DNA of 64,000 nucleotides, from the NCBI GenBank assembly GCA_001662655.1, contig KV460241.1; one strand, 5' to 3'. The notes beneath the pieces were generated by a model. That model had not been told where the DNA came from. It did not search any database and worked only from the letters and a program-made list of their open reading frames with translations. This stretch comes from Pseudogymnoascus verrucosus. Taxonomy: Eukaryota. The position numbers and the translations under genes are program-made. Within the stretch, counting starts at the first letter, position 1; every line of letters starts with the position of its first letter. This document shows, piece by piece, positions 49,767 through 63,477 of this stretch.

Positions 49767-50718
49767 CGACAGCAGAAACAACAACCAAGGACATATTAAA
49801 CCAAGGCAGCCTGTCTCGGGGTAAGTATTTCAGGGCGGCACTGGCCACAAGCACATATTGCTCCTAGACACCAATATACAAACCCCTCAACCACAACCAC
49901 GCTCACATACCACGAGCCCATACAATCATAGGCCCCCCCACAACTCACTCACTAGACAAACTTCACGATCACTTCCCAGAATGCTCATTTCATCAGATGA
50001 CATATTTATTTCAAGAAGCTATATCCATCCTCCCCCTCCCCTCTCCACATATCTGTGTATTTGCAACAGCCCCTCCAAAATATAACAATCTCCATCCCCC
50101 CACCCCATGCCTCCATCCGGATCCATATCATCTCCAAAAAACCGATTAAAAAACATTAAACACAAAAGGGCAAAACCACTGACGTGAAAATCAAAAGCAG
50201 AGCCCGTAGCACAAGCACCAGCACCCCCGTTTGCCGTTCTAAAAGGTGAACGCCATTTTGTATAGCAACCCCCCGTGCGTCCGTCTCCCACCATTCCTGC
50301 GCGCACCCTCCCGTCCAAAAAAAGTGGAAAAACAGAAAAAACAAAGCGCGTATTAAACTCCAGACCAACCCAAATATCTTCAGGTAGTTCCCCATCCATC
50401 TATAGCCGAAGTCCCGATTAATCCCCCCGTCTTGCGATATTATTAAAGGAGTGTAAGTGTATGTATTCAAAGGAGTGTATAATATGCGTCCCAAACATAA
50501 ACGCCGCCGTTCTCGTTGAGAGATGTGTATATTGATCCAAAGCTGCGATAGAAACCGAGGATTATGAAAAAAATTAATCGAATCGAAAGGCAAAAAAAAT
50601 TCGTGACGTCGCAACTTGAGAGATATATATGTGCCGAGTTTTTTTCGTAATTGAAGTTGGTTCGTCATATGTATCTTTGGTACAATTTTTTTTCAAAGAA
50701 CAGACTGGGTTATATGAT

Positions 50719-53700
50719 TTAGTATTTCAGAATCATCAGTGCCGGGTTGAGCATGAACGGCAGGAGGACGTGACTCGAGATCATGACCGCCAACGGCACG
50801 ATAGCAGTGACGACATTGATCTCGTACCCCGCAGGTGCGTATTTGCCGAGATAAACCATACCACCCACCATTGGAATGGTAAAGGCGTACATCCACTTGA
50901 AGCTCTTGAAGATCTTGGGCACCTCCTTGAAGAAGTTACTCGCGACGGCTTCCTTGGCAGTAGCGCCCCACTCCATGTTGATGCTGAACATGTGCGCGCA
51001 GAGCGCGAGGAAGAGGTGGAAACTGATGCCTCCGAAGAAGACGGCGAACATGGGCATCCACATGAAATTCTCGAGAAGTGCGCCGAGGAGCGACTTCTCG
51101 CCGAGACGGTAACGGAGGATGGCGAGACAGACGTTTCCGAGACCGGAGAAGACGACGAGGAGGGCGACGAAAATCTTCCACGACTCGATGTAGAAAGAGT
51201 CGATGTAGCCGTTCTCCCATCCAATGAGGAAGTAGTTCAGGATGGTGAGAGGAAGACCGAAGGCCAGGGCGTAGTAGGTGGCGATGTAGGCGAGAATTGT
51301 GATCTTGGAGGACATCTGCATGTTGGACCAGATGAGCTTCCTGAAGAGAGGTGTGAATGGCGACTTCCACAACCATGTGTACAGAGGGTTGAAGACAAGT
51401 TCGTTACATCCAAAGGCATATTTCTCCCAACGGGACAGCTCATCGTAGACGGTCAAAGACACACCCTCCTTGAACTCATCACCGTGGTATGTAGCCAGGC
51501 GGACGAAGTTACCAGCCATCTGAACGCGGAGGGAGATATCGAAATCCTCAGACACGTGGCTCTCAGACCAGAAGAGATCAGATCCATCAGGAGCCTTGCT
51601 AGCAACGCTCTGGATCGCCTGCCAGCGGAGGAACGCATTGTGACCAACGAAGGGAGCGGCCTCTCCGGATCCGACAGCGAAGCGAATGGCGGAGTAAATC
51701 TGGTTCGTGAAGAATGTAATACCGTTTTCGAAGTAGTCTCCGACGACTTGCATGACGCCCGCAGAGTGCTGGACGATGGCGACTTCGGGGGACAGGAACA
51801 TTTCGGCGGCACCGTAGAGGAGGCAGTCGACGGGGACACGGGTATCAGAGTCAATAATCAGAATGTATTCACCCATGCGGATGTCGCCATCAGCCCAGGC
51901 TTTTCCATCGTCATCCAGAACCTTGTCAAGCGCAGCCTTGTAAAGCTCATCTTGCTCAGATTCGGTGATGTCACCTCCGTTGGTGTAGCTCTTGCGGATT
52001 TCAATCATTTCAGTGAGCACATCCTCGGTCTTGTTGGAGATGTTGAGGGCGAAGTTCATGTTGGAGGCCTTCTTGAACTTTCCTCCACGGACGAATCCAT
52101 CAACACCGTGCTTGGGACGCGCGACCCAGCCAATGTTGTTATCGGTGTAGAAATCTCTCCGGGCCTGGGCCTCATCTTCTGGGAGGAGTTGAAGACCATC
52201 ATCGTTGATGAAGATGCTTGCAGTTCCACCGTTCAATTCGTAGTGAGAAATCGCGGCTTTAAGCGAAGTCACGGTAGGAATGATGACGCTGTCCAAACCC
52301 TCCTTGTAAACTGGCATCTGAATCGTGATGTGGCTAGGGCGGAAGCCAATCTGATAAGCCTTGAAGATATCGGGACGGATTGACGAATAGCATCGCGAGT
52401 TGCTGGTGACGCCTGTAATTGGCCCAATGACCTGGAACAAATCGGTGAAGATACAAATCGCAAAGAACTACGAGACATGTTAGTAAGCTGACAGCCGTGT
52501 TGTGGGGAAGCGACGACATACCAAACCAAAGAGACCAAAAAACGGCACGGTCGCGAGAAGGGCCATTCTGATCCAGCTTCCATCCATCAAACACTCGTAG
52601 AGCAGCGCCGAGGCACCGAATCCGAGCAGGAGGATGATCATCAGGCACAGAGCCATACCAACGAAAATCGCAGAAATGAAGACCAACGGCCTCTCCAATG
52701 ACTCCTTCACCGGAACAGCAGACTCAACATCGACGTCCTTCTCATCAGCATTGGCCTCGCCTTCGCCTTTCTCCACCTCTTGAGGGGACGTAAAGCCTAG
52801 CCTTGACGCAAGAGAGACTCGGATGCTGGATTGGGGCGCGGAAGGGGCCTTGATAGGAAGAGCGTGGGTCGACGAATTGAGCGTCGGAGGTGCGTGGAAT
52901 GGTGAATGGATCACTGAGTTGTGAGAAGATGACGAATTTGGCATGGCTGGGATTTTGGCTCCCCAGATCTATCATGCAGTTAGTATAGGTAAACAGCTTG
53001 AGTTGCAAGTTGTACTTACGACAGTGAGCAGTTGTCTCTCAACCTTGTCTCCGTGGCTCAGGATGGACTCCACGTCGTCGTGCCACAGCAGAACAACCCT
53101 TTCTTTCCTGACGAAACAGGTATATTGGAAACGCTTGAGCTTGTTCGACGAAGCTTTGGCCATATCCTCAAAAGAGTCTAAGATCTGATATTGCGTGCTA
53201 TCATGCGGCAGGATGAACTCGGTTTGGGTTGGCGTAATCGTTGAGAATATGAGATTTGTGAGCTCCGTCGACATGGTGAAGGCGACCTCGACATTCAATC
53301 TCTGCACCGCAGCAATAAGGTTATGGCATAGGTTTGATGGCTGTGTCACATAGACCCCGCGCGACGTCCTCAAGAGGACACCCTGAACTGATGTCCGGTC
53401 ATAACTCGAGATTGGCGAGTTCGAACGGCCAGAACCAGCGGGGGTATAGAGGAACTCTTTGTTGACATCAAACCACATCTGGGAAGCTATCCTGCCGTGA
53501 AGGTAAGATACCATCTGTTGCTGTTAGCTACTGATCCTGTCTGGCACGCCTGTCTATATATCCACTTACCACGGCATGCTTCTTGGAGTGAACTTCATCG
53601 CCATCGCCCTCCCACAAGCTGTTTGCCCGCGAGTTTGAGGATATCGACGGTGGAGTGTGAAGAGAGCCATTTCGAGGGCTTCTTGGGAACGGCAACGACC

Positions 53701-53728
53701 CATCGAAGAGTCCGCTGTTGACCGACAT
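50719..53728 (-). CDS. membrane-bound processive glycosyltransferase family 2 (putative polysaccharide synthase)
   Basis: Exons 53728-53570, 53514-53020, 52968-52522, 52467-50719 (949 aa). QMPVYKEGL, INDDG, KFKKASNMN, DSDTRVP, PFVGHNAFLRW, HVSEDF, ELSRWEKYAFG; TM helices before and after the catalytic domain. Confidence 0.92.
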
Positions 53729-54673
53729 AACTTTGCCGTTGTGTGATTAAGGAACAAACGAGTGAGTTCCAAAAGCTTCGGAGGGACAGAGATATAGGAA
53801 CCGACTGCAAGGTTGACGGGGATTGTTGCAGCGGTGCTATCTACTGGTACCAGCCCGGGGCCCAATGTGTGCGTCGAAGGCAATAAATATGTGAGCTGAA
53901 GGACGGGAAGTTAAAATTGGGTGTGTGTCTGCCGTGTATTACACAATGTGTGGCGGGGTGGTGGTGAGGTTGGGAGTGGCCTTTTTTGTGTTGGTCGCTG
54001 TTATCACAGAGGATAAGGCCGCTTGAGAGGTAATCTTCAATGTGAGATTATGTAGGAGGATAAGACGCCTGCTAGTCAACGATAGTGTGAGGAGAGTATC
54101 TTCCAGTAGGGTGACAGTGAATAATGAGTTACAGATTGAGGCGCAAGAGTGAAGGGAAGAGTTCACTTTTGCAGACCAAGCAATCTGGTTGAAAGCTTGA
54201 GAAGGAAGAAAAACAACGGGAACAAAAGGCAGATAAACACGGCGTAGTATAAGTTATCCCGGCTCCGTGAGCGACTGAGTGCAGAAAGACAGGAAAGAGG
54301 GTCTGCGTGCAGAGATGGGAACGGCTGGTTGGAAGTATCTGTAGGGGACCTGGACCTGGGCCTGGGACTTCTGGTTGAGCTCGCAATGCCTTGCCTTACT
54401 TTAGATGAGTGCGGCGGGCCATTCCATAATATTGCCAAGTAACTTTTCTATACATCTATACATAGTATGCAGACAAAGAAAAAGAACGAGTGACAAGGTA
54501 AAGTGACGCGCCCATGTGCCCTCATGTGCCTCAGCTCAGACTAGAGAGTAGCCGCTTGCTCACGGCCGCAGGAAGGGGGGATTTTTCTCGTCTCTCTTTT
54601 TCGAATTCGTCCGTGTCATGGTGTGTGAGTTGTGGGTTCTGTGGGTTCCGTGGATAGCTGTGGGTTGTCATGG

Positions 54674-54718
54674 AGAGTAACTAGAGTAACTAGAGTAACT
54701 AGAGTTACTAGAGTAACT
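54674..54718. repeat. 9-bp tandem repeat AGAGTAACT x5
   Basis: Directly visible; one variant unit (AGAGTTACT). Confidence 0.85.
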
Positions 54719-57700
54719 ATTTTATTTTTGCATTCGTTCCGACACGACGGAAAGAGCCAACGACCAAGGAGGCCCTGGCATAGGACAGGGTGTGACAAGG
54801 GGGACTGGTTGGGGGGATATGGTTTGTAAGGGTTTGAGAAGGGAAGGGGGTGTGGCTGCAGACAGCATTCTCCGGATGAGAAGTAGCACAATACTATGCA
54901 TATTCTGTATATTCTGCATACTCTGCATACTATACATCAACGTAATCTGCATTCTCTGTATGTTTGTATGGAAATATGGTGGATGCTAATGTACTATAGT
55001 TATGTTGTGTGGGCATGGTTAAAAAGAGTCTACTTCCCATGGTAAGACATTGCCAGACATTACTACAGCTCTCCGCGCCAATTCCATTGGAACACGCCGT
55101 CCTGACTGAGAATTTGTTTTATCCCTGAAACGTTGCGAACAGTACCAGCGCAGACCGGCGCTACGAATCCACAGATATTTGTGACCACGCTGGTCTGTTT
55201 GTGGTAACCTGAGCACAGATTTACGGGTTTGGGTTCTCGTAGCGCGCGCGCACGGTGAAAGCTATACCCAGATATAGCGGTGGTGGCGGTTGAGAGAGAT
55301 CTCTTTTGAGACGAAGGGGGTCTAAGAGGCGTTGTGCCTTGTATTGGCAACCATGGATGATCGATTGGGCAACAGTAGCCAATACATGGACTGTCAGCAA
55401 AAGGACCTACTTATCAAAATTGGTGATAGTGCAGAGGCAGGCCAAGCCCACTATCTAGGAGCCCCTGGAGGCCATGGACTACTCTCGATTCACAATTTGC
55501 TAGGTATAGTACTTTCTTTGTGCACGTCGTATCTAGGACGAGGCTTCCATGTCGATAAGCTGGGATCTGTACTGACTGTGTGGGTGTTCACAGAGAAATA
55601 TTGTTCTGTACAGTCATTACCAAGAGCCCCTACTGTATCGTCATAGATTGCGTGCATCAGTCTTCCCAAACAACCCTCACCAGCTGACTACAGTGCCACA
55701 GTCACTGCGTTGGGACGGGGACGAGAGTCGTGGCAAGTCACACTCTGGATTTGCACAAATTATACACACATACGAAGTGGGAAACCACATTGTGAGACCA
55801 GCTTTGTCACTCCACTTCTTGTGTTGTACGGTGGATCTGTCAACACCTTCGATCAACATCTCCGGCGCTCTGGGAAACCCAAAGAAACAAGAACGAACAA
55901 GCCGTGGCCCACGCGATATACCACCTGTGGTTCGCCATTATATCGGATTCTTTCCCCTTACCCGAAGCATCTGGGACGGGACCACAAATGGAAGTGAGAC
56001 AAGCCATGGCGGCGCCATATTGCCTAATGACCCACTGATGCCTCGGTGTAAGGGATTTCCGTCTCCCAAGCGCCTAACAAGAGGCGGACGCTTGTAAGAG
56101 AAGAGTTGTCCGGTCAAAGGCCAGACCCGCCCGTATCCCGAGAGAGAGACAAAACATCCCGTCCGCAGCTATTCTGGAGTACGGGCATGATGCCTGGTAG
56201 CGCCGCATGCACGACCGCGTTGGGAAGCTCACGGCTCGCACGCACATGCACGTTCGCCAATGTTGCTGCCTCAACATTACAACAGATAGATCTATCGTCG
56301 ACGGCTTAAAGTATTGCAGGGATAAGCGAAATAACAGGCATGATGAGCTGTTCCCGAGCCAGGGTATATAGAGTAGTACTGGACACGGGGGTTCAAGGGA
56401 AGGGAGGAGGTTCTAAATTTACTTGTATACACGCATACACTACATGTACGATTGTGCGATACGATATGCGCTTGCACAGTGGGGAGTTACACTGATACGG
56501 TTGATCTGACTTATGTGTACCCATACTCCCCATACCTCGGCGGCAGATCATCAGAATGGTCGCTTGCAAACTTGGACAGGACCCTGATTGTCGCCCTGAC
56601 CCAAACACGCTGATTCACGCTGGCACATGCTGGCGCCTGCTGTTCTGGATTAAGACCTTTTCTAAGATTTTAGGAGCACGTTCGGTCGAGACTTTAGGTG
56701 GGGACAAGACGTGCTTGTGGTGCTTGTTAGGCTGTGTGTGAGTGTGTGGTACCTATCACTTTTTTGGAGAATCGTCTTCCCGGGTGGCTTCAGGGGTAGA
56801 CGGATTATTTGTACCTCGCTAACCCGTGTCCAAAGTCTCTAAACCGTCCCACCGCCACACCTGCCAAAAATGCCAATGTGGCACAACAGGACCAACTTCA
56901 TTTATCAGCCCGTAAGTTGTGACCATACACCCATACATCCATACATCATCCATACATCATTCATTATATTGCCCGCCCACACCTTACTCACGGCGGCCTG
57001 ATTGACGAAATCACACAAAGCCACGGGCGCTCCGGTGCTCCCGATCAAATCTCTCCCCCTTTGCCATGAGCGCCATCAACGCCCGTCAGCACCATTCTAG
57101 AACCGGCTCCAAAAACAGTCGCAGATGCGATTCGTCGCAAAGTAACCGAGTACCAGAGCGATACTGTATGTCTCACTACGGCGGCACCCCCTCCCGCGCG
57201 CCAAGAGCGAGAGCACAACCTCCCCCACACCCTCAATCCGGTTCGTCGCCCAGCTACCTACGCACACAACCACAGCTGAGTTGTATCGCGCCGCCTCAAC
57301 GATAGCTCCCGGATCGTCGCTTTCGGCACCCCGTCGAAACAGCGACACGCCACGGCAACAGCACGCTCAGCTTGCCTCGTGCACTCCACCATCCGTGCGC
57401 GCCTGTGCGCGCGGCGGAGACACTTGCGTATACAGTTGTTCGGCGCTACACTGATCGTCGACCAAGGGCCGCGTACAGTGGGGGGACGTCCATGCGCTGG
57501 CTGGGTCCTGCTTTTCTGCGCTTGCGTAGATCGATGCGGCGCTGGGTTTCTCCGAGATGCGTAAGATTTGCGATTTGGGGGGAGAGGTTCGTGGGAGGGG
57601 GGAGCTCGAGTGGTTGGCAGTGCTTGAGGGTGCGGAGGACCTGCCAGGTACAGAAACACTCCGGAGCGGTGACAGGTTTGGGGGGTTCAATACTGTGAGC

Positions 57701-60700
57701 TGGCATTACAACACCGCCCATTCACAATGCGAGGCGATTTCTTGCTAAAGCGCTGTCTGACGAAACGAAACGATCGCCATATTGCGCATTGGCTATACCC
57801 TTCGTGTATGTACTAAGTATCCACCACTGAAGGCGACCAGTGTTTTGAAAGCCGGCGGCGTAGGGTTTCCACGGAGCCGACACCCGCAATACGAGGTTTT
57901 CATGCCGCTACTGTATCTTCTAGCGGGACAGCGAACAACTGCATGCCGGCGCCAGGGATTGAAAACATCCAGACCCCCGACCCCGACTGGCTGCGCGCAG
58001 CCCTATCAATGTAACGTATCTAGTTATACGGTACACTAAGTTTTTCTGCCTTGGCTGCGTAGCTCACACACCAGCACCAACAAGGGCAAAATAGCGATGG
58101 TGATGGGGATTCCACTTCCCTCTCCATCTCCATAGTATCAATCCAGCAGACCTTGCGATCCTTCGCTCTCCGCTGCAGGTAAGATTCTTCCATCGGACCT
58201 TCTCTGGGGCACGATCCCTTCCATCGATCAACCAACATATCCGCAATCCTTCGCTGCTCCACTTCCAAGGCCGCCACCTCCCAAACCCTATCGTCAGCAA
58301 CGGCGCAACTCCTTCCCATCTCTTACACCCCTTGGCAGCAGGGTTTTCCGCCCTCACCTCGGCCAACCTCGTAGCCTAGTCAGCACTGTATGCTATTCCT
58401 CGATTTTCCCATCGTGCCACACTAAGCGGACCTGGTGCTACTGGTCGACACCTGTCAGACACTCCCACTCGGCGCGGTCAAGATCAGCAAGATCAGCGCT
58501 CGTATCCCGCCACAACCTGCTGTTTCGTAGGCGTGTATGCGCGACGGTGTGTGCGAGAAGACCGGTTTTTCGGGGACTTGTTTTTTTAGGGCTCCCACGA
58601 GTTTGTTGGGATTTGGGAGACATGGGGAAGGGAGGGGGTTGAGAGGGGCGGGCGATCGATGGCGAAGCTGTGGTTCGGTCGCGGTGAGTTGTTGGATTTG
58701 GTGTGTGCGTATTGTTGTATGCGCCTAGGAGACGCCGTCTGAATCTCGATACGACGTCAAGGATAGAGATCTTCGCTGGGGATTACTCACTGCGTACCCC
58801 CAAGGTTCCAGCCAGCGAGGATCTCTCCCTCCATGCCATCAAACCCCGATCGAGCATGAAGTGTCACCGGAGCAAGAACCCCTAATCCGCGGTGGCTGGG
58901 CAAAGTATATACAACCCCATATACCCCCACCACGTCATCATCTCGTAATCCCCGAGCCAACTGATATAGAGATCACCGCAGCCGGTCGCATTTATCCACA
59001 CCGAAGTCCCGGATGACGTGAGAAGGTAATATCGTCGACGACTGCGAGCGGGGTGTTTTTTTTGCGAACGACTCGCCGAATTTGCTGAGGTGAGTCGCCT
59101 CGGAGAGTAGTGGGTGTGTCGATTTTCCTCATCTCATCTGGAATGCCGTTGCTTGCGTGCGAATCGAGCGTCTTGGAGGAGGTATCTCGACCGGCGGCGG
59201 TATTTTGTTTTAGTAGTGGGGCCGCTGGCGGCGAGAGGGCGGCGACAAGGGGTAAATTCGAAAGCGTCCGAGACGAACCCGCACCGGCGAGAAGGAACCC
59301 GCCTTCATCATCGTCAGGGGCGACGGACGGGGGCAGACTGACTTGGGGGCCGCGGGCGTAAATAATAACAACAACTGCCGAAACAGACCAGCGACGGTGC
59401 CGTCAACAAGGCGTCAGGTAGCGAGCTTTCCAACACCCCAGTGCCGCAGTAGACCCGCGAATGACGACGAGGTGAGCGAAGACGGATCGATGTATCTACT
59501 TCGCCTCTTTTCTCTTCACCGAGCGCAATTCCAGGCCTTGTCAATATCAATATCGATATTGAATTCCAGCCCCCATCCCGTAGCCCCTAGCCCCATCACC
59601 ACCCGTGCAGCTTCCACGTGTACCCCCTCCCAACAGGCCTTATCCCAACCTAGAATGAATCCTACGGCCCCAATACGCCCCCAACCATACCCTGATCCCG
59701 TCGACGAGGATGGATGAAAGCCGCATTTCCTCCCTTGTCTAGGGGGAGTCGGGATCGAGGGACGGCTTATCTTCTACGGCTTGGGCGGAGGTGGGCTTAC
59801 GGGTTGGGGTTGGGGGGGGAGATAGGGATATGCCTAGAATGGAGTAGAACAGCCTGGGCCAGATGTAAGATCTTGTTCCTGTTCCAGTTCAGGAGCGAGA
59901 TAGCGGAAAAGTCCAGATAGTAATGCGCCATTGAAAGCCACCTACCTACTACCACATCGCGTAATCCGCCCATCTGGTCTGGAGCTCAACCCACCCAGCT
60001 CAGCCCGCCACGGGAACATCGCAAGGGCTTACATTCATTTACGGTATGCGCAGAACTATCGAACAAGGTATGCGACTATCGTACGCCTACAACAGGGGGA
60101 CACTTGTACCGCACCCACCAACCCACTCGTCAGCGCAACGCCCGCATATGCATCGATCTGTGCAGGATCAATACAGACTACGCCGCGGGATCAATAAGTC
60201 TTCTTCCCGTCGCCAGGTATAGCCGTATTGGCCCTGTCTGTTCATCGCTGGCGATAGCAAGTGTCTGCTATGCCGCCGTGCCCGGGTTGTGAGACTCGTA
60301 CCACCACACCCACCATGGTGTGTGCTGGCACACGGGAGTCACGAGGGGGGATGTGACAGCGGGATTATGGGTTGGGAATCCCGGAGTGTTGAGGCTGTGG
60401 GTGTGCTGGATGTGAGGGTGGTAAGGCAGATAGGGAGGTGGCGGTGAGAGGGGGAGCTGAACGCCGTGGCGCGATGGGGGTGGTGTGTAGGCGTAGGGCT
60501 GCTCAGGGCGGTGCCTGGGGTGGGGGTTTGGGAGCAGGAAAAAGAAGCGAGGGGGGGATGTGAGGTTGTTTGCGTTGGGGGGGAGGATGGGGGAGTGAGT
60601 GAGTGAATGAGTTTGTTGGTGATGTGATGTGCTGTGCTGTGCTGTGCTGTGCTGTTCTAGAACTACAGTGTATATGATCTTGTGCTGGTGGTAGAAGGTA

Positions 60701-63477
60701 CATCCCCATTCTTTCCCGCCTCACGCCTCTTTTTGTTCATTCTATGGGACTATTGGGATTATTGGGACTATTGAAGTGTAAGGAGGTGGCTATGTGCTGG
60801 AGGTGGAAATTGAGTCCACGCACGGTAAGGAGTCGGCCATCGGGCTGAGAATCTCTGCCGCCGCCCTTCTCTCACCAGCGCCACCGCGCCTCTGTAAGAT
60901 TACATCACCCCTTTCCTCACTCCCTCACAGTTCGCCCATCCCTTACCGCACAAACCCATCCATCACATCCACGACCATCACCAACTCATCACCATCCTAT
61001 CCCACAACACACAACACCACAACAAACCCCTCGTATCGCCCACTCATCATCCGCATTCATCCGACGCATCACCACCCCCTGCCTCGGTTACCAGCCCTAC
61101 CCCCATTGGCCGCCGATCAATTCAATAGCGCCGGGAAGCCCCTGCTAGCCCCTGCTAGCCCCTGTTAGCCCCCTCTACCTGTCGCTTTGTCCCTGGTGCC
61201 AGGCCCAAGGCGGTCTAGACGTGGCGTTAGAGTGATCGGTTGAGGGGGGTGTGTGCGTATCCGGCGACACGGGTGGTGCGGGAGAGAGACAGGGTGTGGG
61301 GGCTATGAATAGATACTGTGTACTGTACCTGTACCACGGAGCGAGGGGGGAGGTGCCGGTGGGTGGGTGGGTGGATTGGGTGGGTGTTGGTGCGGGAGTG
61401 GTGGTAGTACAGTGTTAGTAGGGTTGGCAGTGTTAGTAGTGTTAGTAGTGTTAGTAATGTGCAATAGAATGTGATATGCGACAGTAGTATGCCAGTATAG
61501 CAGGGTGTGATAAGGCGCTGAGTGGACCAAACTACTGTACGTGGCAGGCACGGCTCGCGAGGGGAGGCAGGGGAATACTACATATACGAGGTTTTCGCCT
61601 TGCTTTTGGGAAAAGGAGGCTATGGATCGTCTGGGCTTGGGTTCGCGATCGCGGTAGGACTTTTTTTTTCTTCCCGACGGTGCGCTGGGCGAAGGGCTGG
61701 TTGGGTTGACTGGTTTGTTTTTTTCTGGTTGACTCGCTGAGTGGATGACTGGTTACCCTCCCCTTTTTCTTGTTCTGTTATCGTGGTGGTGTGGTAAGGT
61801 AAGGCGCGGTTTGAGGGAAGATGCCGTGGTGAGTGGGCGTAATTGAGCAGTGTTTGAGGGAGATACCGCCTTGGTGAGTGGGCGCGGCGGCGCATTGAGC
61901 ACGGTTATTGATATGGATTTGGATACGAAGAGATGAGGAGACACGGGCTGGGCTGGGCTGGGCGGGTGCTATGGCTTGCTGGCGCGATGTTTCTGGCTGG
62001 CTCTGTGCCTGGTGGCATATGCCGTTTTACTGACTGTGTGCTCATCTCATGATCATCAATGAGCTGGGCATGATGGATCGGATTGCTCGGCGTGAAATGG
62101 CTGAGCTGAGTGATCCATCCCACTCATTTACGAGAACAGACATATACGCCCAAAATCGCATTGGACAACCACAACAATCCCCGTCTGTGCTAGAGTACTA
62201 TAGACACCGTAAGACTGTAAGACTTGCATGTTTTAGCACATACGAGCTCCATGAACCCTACTAGCACCCCGCTCTGAAGGAGTTGGCATTGGCGTACATT
62301 CGCCGGTCCAATCTTTTCGTTTGTTTGCGTCTGCCGAGCCGAGAGACACCTGGCTGGCACTTCTCCCGGTCCTCTCTATCTCCCCCCTCCGTGCCTCCCG
62401 TCGTCCTTCCAACATCCACCACCCCATCCCACACCCCTCAATGCATGCAGGCAGTCTCCGCCTTGGGACGAAACTACCTGTTTCACCACCCACCCAATTG
62501 TCCGCGCGCCAACCAGAGAATATTCTGCAGCACCGGCCACAGCATCTTATTTATTTATTTTAGGAAATCCCGCGGAAACCGTGGTGTGTGTGTCATTACG
62601 ATGTGGCTGCATTTTGATGTTTTGTGGTCCCCCAACCAAGACACCGTTCTCATCTGTGTCTCTACAGCACGCGGCGAAATGCCTAATGCTTTGCTTGTTT
62701 TCTTTCTGTTTTCAAACCTCAGAGACATGCATGGACACATACTGTAGACAGGTGACTCCGAGACGTCATCGATGCTGCAGCTTGTCTCTGCTTGTCCTCT
62801 GTCACTCAGCATCAAGTGCTTACCCAATGCTTTTCCGCGCTGTCTAGTTGATGTTGCTGCTGCACCTTGTTCCACAATAAGCCGCCTGTGACCTGGTATA
62901 GCTCTAGCAACTTCCGAACCCGTCTTACTTATTTTTATATTGATAATTCTGAGCCGCCATGCCTCATTGACTTGGCAGCCATCCATCCCCCACAGCCTAT
63001 CTATCCCTTGTCTCATCCACTTCCACGAAGCCACACAACGCCTCACAGGCTCCCACCCCCATTTTATTTCAGGTTCTGTTCCAGTGGGGAAAAACACGTT
63101 TGTCGTGTATGCCGCTACCTACCCACTGCCACTTGTACGCGTGGAAGAACCGGGGACAGTGCGCAGAACGATACGACCATACTACCATACCAAGCCCTAC
63201 TATCCTTCGCCAGCCGTGTGCGAGCCTTCTGATATGTACCTGGTTCATCCCCGCTGATCCATCCCTAGCCAAGCATTTCGTCCCGATCTTGCAAGGTCTC
63301 ACTACTAACCCAGGCGCGGATTTTGTAGTGCAGATCGGTCAGAGGGCAACACACCTTGACCAGGTCTCTCGTCCTTCCTGACTTCCTCTTCTTCAAGACG
63401 AAGTGAATTTCGTTTTCCAAAACCACATTCGTTTCGTTGTATCACAATCTTTGCTTGTTTTTGCAACATAGGGCATC

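Noticed and set aside
50629..52383. 584-aa + strand ORF
   Set aside because: Antisense shadow of the codon-biased GT2 exon; no recognisable motifs.
53900..63400. Many 60-180 aa ORFs in the GT2-WSC intergenic region
   Set aside because: Low-complexity or random composition, no motifs and no coherent exon chain.
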